Source: Octopus vulgaris (Eukaryota). From it: DNA of 64,000 nt. Under the pieces are notes generated by a model that was given only the letters and a program-made list of their open reading frames with translations, did no database searches and had not been told where the DNA came from. A program made the position numbers and the translations under genes. The stretch spans positions 49,724,001 through 49,788,000 of the forward strand of contig OX597823.1 of the NCBI GenBank assembly GCA_951406725.2, given 5' to 3'. Of the stretch, positions 54,460 to 64,000 are shown piece after piece; position 1 is the first letter of the stretch; every line of letters begins with the position of its first letter.

Positions 54460-56311
54460 TCTATGCATCTATGTATGTTTAAAGCCCCAAGAGGCTCATA
54501 CAAACTGATATTTATCTATTGTATCATGTTGTTAAACTGATAAGAGGCAAACCTCTCTCTATCAAGGATGTCATTCTTTCAAACATGACATTCTAAGCTC
54601 TTGCTATTCATTCTAACAGATATGTGAGCTGAAGCTTGTAGAATTGAGTATTCCCCACAGGAGCATGTGGCAGACTTGAACTTACAGTCTGTTAATAGAT
54701 CAGTTGCTACATTATCCAATCAGCTATTTCACTATCTCCTTAAATTTAAATTTCATTTAAAAGCCTTAATAAAATTGATTAAAGAATTATCTCCCTTAGA
54801 TTTGTTTCATTGAGTTACAGAAAACCAGTGATGTCTGAGATATGAGTGTTATTTTATACTCTTTTACTATATATTTGAGGTCTTAAATCAATATACTACA
54901 TGAAGCAACTATGCTTCATGTAAAAAGGCTAATCTGGTGGAGGGAGGAGAAAGGCTAAACAACAACAACTACATTATGCACAACATCTGCTTCATTTGTT
55001 TACATTAGGCACAAGACTGGCTGTTTGGTTAAGAAACTTGCTTTCCAACCATGTGGTTTCATGTTCAGTCCCACTGTGTGACACCTTGAACAAGTGCCTC
55101 CTACCCTAGCCCCAAGCCAATCAATGACTTGTGAGTAGATATGGTAGCCAAAGTTCACGTGAAAGCTTGTCATGTATATGCATGTACACACACTCACACA
55201 CACACACACATACACAAGGTAGAGATCCATCCTGAGTCATATAGGCTCATAGGGCCAGTTTCTGTGGCATATATATTCCCCACCTGGATGGGACACCAGT
55301 CCATCACAGGATTACTCATTTTTGCCAGATGAGTGGAATGGAGCAACATGAAATGAAGTGTTTTGCTCAAGAACACAATGCATTGTCTGGTCCAGGAATC
55401 GAAACTACAATCTTATGATCATGAGTCCAACACTCTAACCACTAAGCTACACACCTACACACACACTATATATATATATATATATATGAGTTTTTTTTCC
55501 TCTCATTCCTTTCTATCAAAGAGTGTAGGCTCGAAACATAAAAGACTTTCCCATTCTTCCTGAGTGTTAAACTAATACACCTGCTTGTTGTTTCTTCACT
55601 TGTCTTCATCTTTTGTTTTCTGTAAATTTGAACTATATATGTGTATCTTTTATCTTGGGAGGGTCGTTACACTGATGTCTTTGTAGTTTGCATTTGTTTT
55701 CCACCACAGCATGACAACCGGTGTTGGTTTGTTAACATCCCCATAACTTAGCAGTTTACAAAAAGAATCTGACAGAATATGTACCAGACTTCAAAAAAAC
55801 AAATAAAACAAAAGCATTAATTTTTAAGTGCGGTACTTATTCTATCAATTGAGTTTGATTTGTTTGACTAAACTCTTAGAGGCAATATTCCAGTAATGCC
55901 GTACCCCAGTCCAATGACTGAAACACGTTAAAGACAAAAGATTAGCATTGTGGAAATACAACACAAGAAAGGTATGAAATTCACTTAATGCAGAATGTGG
56001 AGAAAGCAATATGTTTATTCAATACTAACAGAAACTAACAGTTCTACTGTGATTATTTTCTCACAAGTACGTATATATATTTGCTATAAGGTCTTAACTA
56101 TAGAGAGTCAATGTTATGTATCTGATATATGGAAATTTCAGCTCTTAACTCGTCTGTTATTGTTGTGCTAGGGAGAGTACAGAAAGTGATTTTCAATCCA
56201 AAGCACATAAGCTAAGTCTCTAAAGGTTATTACAACATAAATCAACTTTTCGAAAGTATCATTATAAAAAAGAAAATAAGTATTGTTAGTGTGTCAGACA
56301 AGATGGTCAGT

Positions 56312-56625
56312 GTGGAGGCACATGGCCTAGTAGTTAGAGCAGCGGACTCACGGTCGAGGGATCGCGAGTTCGAATCTCAGACCGGACGATGTGTGTGTTT
56401 GTGAGTGAAACACCTAAGCTCCATGTGGCTCCGGCAGAAGGTAATGGCGAAACTTCTGCTGGCTCTTTCGCCACAACTTTCTCTCTCTCTTTCCTCCTGC
56501 ATCTTGCAGCTCACCTACGATGGACTGGTGTCCCGTCCAGGTGGAGAACCTATATGCCAAGAAACTGGCAAAACCGGCCCTTATGAGCCAGGCATGGCTC
56601 GAGACGGAACAAACAACAACAACAA
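56312..56625 (+). mobile_element. tRNA-derived SINE with (AAC)n tail
   Basis: A-box TGGCCTAGTAGTTAG, B-box GAGTTCGAATC. Confidence 0.8.
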
Positions 56626-56863
56626 AATGTTTTGTGGTATTCTTTCTGGCTCTTAGTTCAAACCCTGCTGAGGTCAACTTTGACTTTCATCCTTTAAGGG
56701 TCAATAAACCAAAGTACCCGTCAAGTTCCAAAATTTGTAATTTTTTTTTTTGTTAACATATTTACATAGTTTTTCATTAATTTATTTACTGGTTACAAAA
56801 AGTAAGCAGTAAGATATTTTAAAAGTGAAAGTAATAATAAATAAAACTAAAGGCACACACACA

Positions 56864-56901
<38 letters not shown>

Positions 56902-59451
56902 AACACACACACACACACATACACACACACATGCCGGCACGTATACGTCATACCAAGATACACTAGTGTTCCTCTCTAAAGATTTCGGGGGCCACTCAAA
57001 ACACTTATGACATTATCAAGAGTGATTGTGAGGCTTAGATTCTCAAAAGTCAGACACTCTCACTAGCATCATCTGATAGTTTGGTGAGAGAGGAAATGCT
57101 TACAATGGCTAAAATTTCCCATTGAACATCCCAAATGCCCACATAGAAAAATGTAAATCACTGACAAATTAACATAATTTGAGTATTTTATTCAGTTCCG
57201 CTACAGATGCAGTGATCCACATTCCACAGAATTAAGAATGTATAATAGGGCAAAAAAATTGCTAACAGTGATATCCAAGGACCTTGTTTTGCAAGGTACT
57301 TGATGACCTGGTCAGTGCTGGTGCCACATAATAAAAAACACTGGTGATGGTGCCATGTTTACTGGCACTGGTGATAGTGCCATGTACAAAGCACTGGTAA
57401 TGTTGTCATGTAAAAAGCACCCAGTACACTTTGTAAAGTGGTTAGTGTCAAGAAGAGCAACCAGCTGGAGTAAACATGCCAAAACAGACAATGGCACCTG
57501 GTGCAGCTCCTGACCTTATCAGCTCCTATCAAACTGTCCAACTTGAGCTAGTATAGAAAATGGATCTTAAATGAATGATAATGATGATGATGATGACAAC
57601 AACAATGACGATGATGACAACGATGATGATGACAATGACAACAACACAACCAATGATGGCAGTAGCAGCAACAACAATGGCGATGATGACAGCGATGATA
57701 TCCCAAATGAGGTATCTGCCTGAAGCCCACCAAATTTTCAGAATAATCCCTGTAGCTCCAGAAATGAGAGGATGCTTAACAGTAATGTTGCAACTCATTT
57801 CTACAACTGAGTGAAGCAGCACAAAATAAAGTGTCTTGCTCAAGAACTCAACACACAGGTCGGTCTGGGAATCAAACTCACTACCTCAGAGCCCAATGCT
57901 CTAACCACTGACCCAGGTGCCTTCATGTATGGACGACTACATAACTCAATAATCAACACACATCTACTACTTGACTTGATGTTTCCCTGAATACATACCA
58001 GTCAGTTCCACCACCTCTTCTTTACAACCTGTTTTGGTACTGTTATTCATCATTGTCATCAGGATCATCGTAATTTAACGTCTGTTGGATGGTTTGACTA
58101 GGGCTGTTAAGCTCGAAGGCTGTATCAGACTCTAGTCTGATTTGGCATGATTTCTATGGCTGGGTGCCCCTCCTAACACCACCACTCCAAGAATGTAATT
58201 GGTGCTTTTACATACCACCAGCACAGATGCCTTTTGCATGACACCAGTATCTGCCATGACTGTGATTTCACTTGGTTTGACGGGTCTTCTTCTCAAGCAC
58301 AGCATAATGTCAAAGGGCTTGGTCATTTGTCATTGCCTCTGTGAGGCCCAACACTAGTGCAGAGTAGGGATTGGTATCAAGTGCTGATCAAGTGTATGAG
58401 AATCTCTCAAAACGAGACATCATATTTATATCTGTCCAACAAAGAAATGGAAGTAGAAAGTTTGCTTATGTTCTTTTAAAAAAAAACAAAAAAACAGGAG
58501 CTTGACTGACCATTATCAGTTTTAGCCGGTCACATCAAGACCACAATTGTCCTCAGACCCTGTACTACTGATGCTGATTTCCTTCAGAAAATCAGGGTAA
58601 CTGCAGTAACTGGGGCCCATCTGAGAAATGATCCCTGCGAGGTGGGTTGGCTGTTACAGCAAGTGTTGCTGGTCATTCTCTCAAGTAGCACCATGGCAAT
58701 CATGTCCCTGAGGTGTGGCTGAACACGCCATTTGTTCTGGGGTGTGCAACCCATTACTGCTCTACCCCCATCTTCTTCTGCTTAATCTCTGCTCTTTCTT
58801 TTCATTTTTCTTTGTTTCCTTGTGAAGTTGTTATGGGGGTTTTTTCTCTCAATAATTTGATATTTTATACTTTTAATGCTCTTTTTCTTTATCTTCTTGC
58901 AAAAATATGTTGTTTATAAAAATTTATAATTTCCAAAACTAAATAAATAAAGAAATAAAAACAAGACAAGAGGTAGGAAGTATTCCAAGTTTCAAGTAGT
59001 ATATATGTACGAATTAAAATGTCATAGGGAAAATGTGCGTCTGAAACAATTTTTTGCAGTGACAGATGAAAAAGAGACACGAAAATGTTACTATGACAGC
59101 TTGTCTACTGAAGGATATACATAGAATATTAAAAACCTGTTCTTAGTAGAATCAATAGGATGGTTAGTAGATTAAAAAAAGAGAGAACTGCATGGAAAGT
59201 GGCATGTCTATCAGAGATTTGTGCTGATGTGTGAAAAATGTCAGGCTATGAGAGTACTATATGATTTACTAACTTTGTTAACCTATGAGAGTAACATGGT
59301 GTTATCACCAGTAAATGATGTTGTGTCATTGTACACTGATAAAAGAGTAGAGATGTACCTGAGAAAGACAGTTTGAAGCGTCTACAACTGCTCTTTGCAA
59401 TGCATCATTTTTGATTTCAAAATGTTGATGATACTACTATAACTGTCATTA

Positions 59452-59686
59452 AGACGGCAAATTGGCAGAAACGTTAGCACGCCGGGCGAAATGCATAGTT
59501 GTATTTTGTCTGTCGCTACGTTCTGAGTTCAAATTCCGCTGAGGTCGACTTTGCCTTTCATCCTTTTGGGGGTCGATAAAATTAAGTACCAGTTACGCAC
59601 TGGGGTCAATATAATCGACTTAATCCGTTTGTCTGTCCTTGTTTGTCCCCTCTGTGTTTAGCCTCTTGTGGGTAGTAAAGAAATAT
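59452..59686 (+). mobile_element. tRNA-derived SINE with 19-bp TSD
   Basis: ATACTACTATAACTGTCAT flanks both ends. Confidence 0.85.
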
Positions 59687-59699
59687 ATACTACTATAAC

Positions 59700-60192
59700 T
59701 GTCATGGTGATCGACACTTGGCACCTGCCCATTGGTTCTAAACCATTTGTTTACCAATGGACCCCGTTTATAACTATTTTATTCTGGTGGACCCCCATAG
59801 CCATCCGATGGTTAAAAACTAATTTTAAAGATAATTCTTTGAAAATTCCTATTTTGTTTTGCACACAATCCTTTGTGTAGGCCCAACTATGTAAAATGTC
59901 AGAGAAAGAAACTGTTATATCGCACATTCGGATGACCTCTACTCAACTCCTCGACGTCTAGACTTCTCTCTATATATCTACATATTGGGCTAGCCTACTT
60001 CATCATCTGGGGGTGTTGACACAACAGAAACCTAACTGTTTCTTGCAATAAATACATTTAAAGCAAAATTTTTTCATGAATCCATAAGATACTACTCCGT
60101 GGACCTGATTTACTATTTTGCATGTGTGGACCCCTAGAAAATTGTATATGGACCCCCCAAGGGATCATATGGATCTCAGTGAAAACCACTTC
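59700..60192. mobile_element. hAT-like MITE remnant with repeated GGACCCC subterminal motifs
   Basis: Multiple TGGACCCC motifs. An inverted relative lies at ~46500-46620. Confidence 0.45.
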
Positions 60193-62522
60193 ACTAGTTG
60201 ATTAACTTGTGATATAACTCTTGACACTGCATCTGTTACAACAATAAGGATTCCAGTTGATCCAATCAATGGAGCAGCCTGGTCATGAAATTAGCATGCA
60301 AGTGGCTGAGCACTCCACAGACATGCATATCCTTAATGTAGTTCTCAAGAAAATTCAGCATGACACTATGTGATAAAGCTGACCCTTTGAAATATAGGTA
60401 CGATTCATTTTTGCCAGCTGATTGGTCTGGAGCAACGTGATATAAAGTATCTTGCTCAAGGACACAACATACTGCCAGAATCGAACTCACAATCTTATGA
60501 TCATGATCTGAATACTCTTACCACTAAGCCATGCACCTTCACTTAGTGATCTGACTAACACATGCCTTATATAAACTCTCAACAACTATCTCTGATGTGT
60601 GTACTGCAATCTCTTCTCTTTACAAACCAAGGTGGTGAGCTGGCCGAATTGTTAGCATGTCATGCAAAATGCAGAACCATCTTTAGGTTATGAGTTCAAA
60701 TCCCGTCGAGGTTGACTTTGCCTTTCCTCCTTTCGGGGTCACTAAAATAAGTACCAGTTGAGCACTGGTGTTGATGCAATTAACTTACCTCTTACCCTGA
60801 ATTTGCTAGCCTCATGACAAATTTTGAAACCAATATGCTTACAAACCATAGAGAAACTAATTAAGTTAGCTGATCCTTCTTGGAGCCATTTTCCGCCATC
60901 TTACTTTTCCACTTCATTCAACAACTTCTCATTCGTTACATCACTACACCTTTTTCTTATAAATATTACTAATGGCAAGCACACCTGTATAGTTTCTAAC
61001 ATATTTCTCCACCAATGACATGCAAACACACTGCCTCAAACTATAAGATCATACTACCCAAGCATATTGCATAGAACTTTAGAAAACCTCCTACACAACT
61101 TCTCGCCTGGCAAAATATACCTGAAATCTTGCTTCTTACCAAGTTATCTGATATCACTCCTTGTTACTTTCTGCCTTCCACCCATTCCACACCTGTTGAT
61201 TAGCTTTTATAGCCCTATCCACTATGATATTCAGTCACCATGTTATTTATGGCTTAGCTGGAGCCTTGTTCCATCCACAGAACTGGTCAGTGAGTTGAAA
61301 CCTCTTCGAAATGAATGCCCAGGTGTATGCATGAGTGAATGTGTGTGTGTGTGTGTGTGTGTATAAGCATGAGAGAGAAAGAGAGAGAGAGAGAGAGAAT
61401 CACCTTATCACCTTATATAGTCTATAGAAGGAGGGAGCTAGATGGTATCCAAAAAATAGTTATTTCATCTAGGAAACAAGTCCATTATAAAATCTTTGTT
61501 CGAGATAGAAGTAGTAAACGAACTGAAAAGTATTGTTTATGGCCACTTTGATGTGGCTATCCTTCGAGATGACAATACTGCAATTTAACACCAGGAAGAC
61601 ATCTCCTCCAGCTGGTTTATTCAGTGCACTCCTTGCATTCGATATCTATTGCAAGTGGGAGATAACTCCTGTCATCCTAGTTCCGAGACCATCAGGCCAC
61701 ATGGTTTCAATCTGTATTGGATCTCCTTCATGGTGGGCACTCATTTGCCAGGCTTGGCAGCAGTTTAACCTCATTTGTAATATATGCAAAATACAGTGTC
61801 ATACAATCACTGATTTTATAACTAGGAAACTAGTCTGTTAGAAAACCTCTGTTTGAGATAGAAGCAGAATGTGAATTAAAAAATATTGCTTATCTTGTAT
61901 TTCTGTCTGTATTTGTCCCCCACCACTGCTTGAAAGCTATTATTGATGTGCTTACGATCCATAACTTAGAAGTTCAGCAAAAAGAGACTGGTAGAATAAG
62001 CACTAAGTTAAAAAAAAAAAAGTACTAGGGTTTATTCATTCGACTAAAAGTTCTTCGAGGTGGTACCCCAGCATGGCCACAGTCTAACGACTGAAACAAG
62101 TAAAAGATAAGATATATGGTACACACATTGATCTCAACATCTACCACATTAATCTCACCAGACAAGGTGTGACGACAAGGATTACAGCTATTGCTTCACC
62201 TTGTTTTCATTAAGTATTGATAACATATTCATATAACATTCTGTGTTTACTGCATCTGATTTTGCAAATATTGCAAAAAAAATCTTTTAAAAACATGTTT
62301 AATGAATAGTTTCATGTCTATGATGCTCATGTACATAGACACATTACACAAACACACACACACACATACTCAACAGATACACACACACATACATACACCC
62401 ATACATTTGTGCAAATACATGCAGGACAGCTAGACATACACATGTGACTGTGAATCAAATTTCCTAAATTCACACCCATGCTAAGCATGGGTGTGAATTT
62501 AGGAAATTCTATATATATACAT

Positions 62523-62651
<129 letters not shown>

Positions 62652-62675
62652 TAGATAGATAGATAGATAAATAGT

Positions 62676-62731
<56 letters not shown>

Positions 62732-62755
62732 TAGATAGATAGATAGATAAATAGT

Positions 62756-62819
<64 letters not shown>

Positions 62820-62939
62820 CAGACAGGCAGACAGATAGATAGATATAGATGTTGATATATATACATATACATACATATATATATACACACACACACACAC
62901 ATATATGTGTGTGTGTGTGTGTATGTGTATATATATATA

Positions 62940-63120
62940 TATTATAGAAAATCCATTCTGTCTGTGTGTGCGTATCTTCTAGGATCTCGGGCATCCTCCA
63001 TCCGATTGCGCTCAAATTTGATATGTAGATACTGATAGTATCAGGGCGTGTATAAGTCTTGAAAAAATTACAAAAATCAATTCCAGGTGAGAATGCAATC
63101 AATAAAGCCGTGGGAACGTG
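62940..63120 (+). mobile_element. Helitron-like 5' fragment
   Basis: ATTCTGTCTGTGTGTG...CATCCGATTGCGCTCAAATTTG resembles the Helitron 5' ends elsewhere in the window. Confidence 0.45.
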
Positions 63121-63124
63121 CATT

Positions 63125-64000
63125 TAAATGTTTGACAACTCAGCACCGTCCATGCAAGATAGTTACAGAAAAAAGTGTCGGAGCAACAATATTGCCTTTA
63201 TTAACTTCGTTATCGATGGAAATTGGTTCTGATAGTGATCCATTGAAGTTAAGACGAGCTTTCATATCACTATGAAGTTGCTTAAACAAGTTGACAAATT
63301 GAGGTGGACATCCAAGTTTACCAAGAATGGTCCAGAGAACGGTCCTATTAACAGTGTTGAAGGCTTTTGTTAAATTGACAAATGCCTGGTAAAGAGCCAT
63401 TGATGTAAAGATGTTTGATGCATTTCACCTGGAGTTGACAAGCAGAAAAAAATCATGTCCATTGTGCCATGACTTGATCTAAAACCACACTGACTCTCTG
63501 GGGTGACAGAGGGGCATATCCACATTGTTGGCCAATTAAGTAAAAGTTTTGCAAAAACCTCACCGACTATTTTAAGCAGGCTTATACCTCTGTAATTGCT
63601 ACACTCGGATTTGGATCCTTTTCCTTTGAACAATGAAATTGAAATGGCATCAACAAGAGCACCCAACCAGAGATCTGATATTAGATGGTGGATCTCCGCA
63701 GCAAGCCTAATAACCCCAGTGGAGAAGAATTTCAACAGGAATGCTGTCAAGACCTCATACCTTCTCAGTATTTAATTCTTTATCTTTTTGATCTCATCTA
63801 TAGTTGGATGTTCCATCAGCTTATGAATGATATCCTTTGGGGCAGATTACTGATGGCATTTTCATCAGTAACTGAAGGATTGTAAAAGAGATCAGTGAAG
63901 TGCTCAGTCCAATATTTCGTGATACCCTCATGATCCTTGAAGAAAAAGCAGCTGTCTTTATACTTGAGAGGTACCACAAATGAAGACCGAGGACCAAACA
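63125..64000 (-). mobile_element. RTE/BovB-like LINE reverse transcriptase, degenerate
   Basis: NYRGISLL..ESQCGFRS..TMDMIF, LYQAFVNLTKAFNTVNR..LW..LGKLGCP and APTLFS motifs, with frameshifts. Confidence 0.9.

Noticed and set aside
58520-58770. GC-richer block with a 60-codon open frame
   Set aside because: There are no convincing exon boundaries or motifs. It is probably an unrecognised transposon fragment.

Overview
AT-rich, microsatellite-saturated animal genomic DNA. The repeat repertoire looks like octopus (coleoid cephalopod), which is inferred from the SINE, RTE and mariner content and was not verified. No intact multi-exon host CDS is visible, and almost all ORFs in the track are microsatellite or transposon artefacts. 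The window most likely covers the 5' or intronic region of a large minus-strand gene that continues off the left edge. Candidate alternative first exons end in perfect CAG|GTAAGT donors at 611 and 49971 (both phase 2), and a promoter-like GC island lies at ~20.1-20.35 kb. The rest is a nested transposon graveyard: tRNA-derived SINEs, RTE, CR1, L1-Tx1 and R4-like LINE fragments, mariner and maT remnants and MITEs, TTAA piggyBac-type MITEs, Helitrons, a gypsy-type solo LTR and gag-protease remnant, and a degenerate TTAGGG array. The most striking signal is a set of at least 8 hammerhead-ribozyme (HHR)-like motifs in short Penelope-like, often palindromic, elements sitting in (TA)n tracts. One is a young 141-bp-arm palindrome whose HHR has a compensatory G3-C8 core swap (GUGAACA). 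Another is a head-to-head dimer of a tRNA-headed SINE fused to an HHR-bearing tail.
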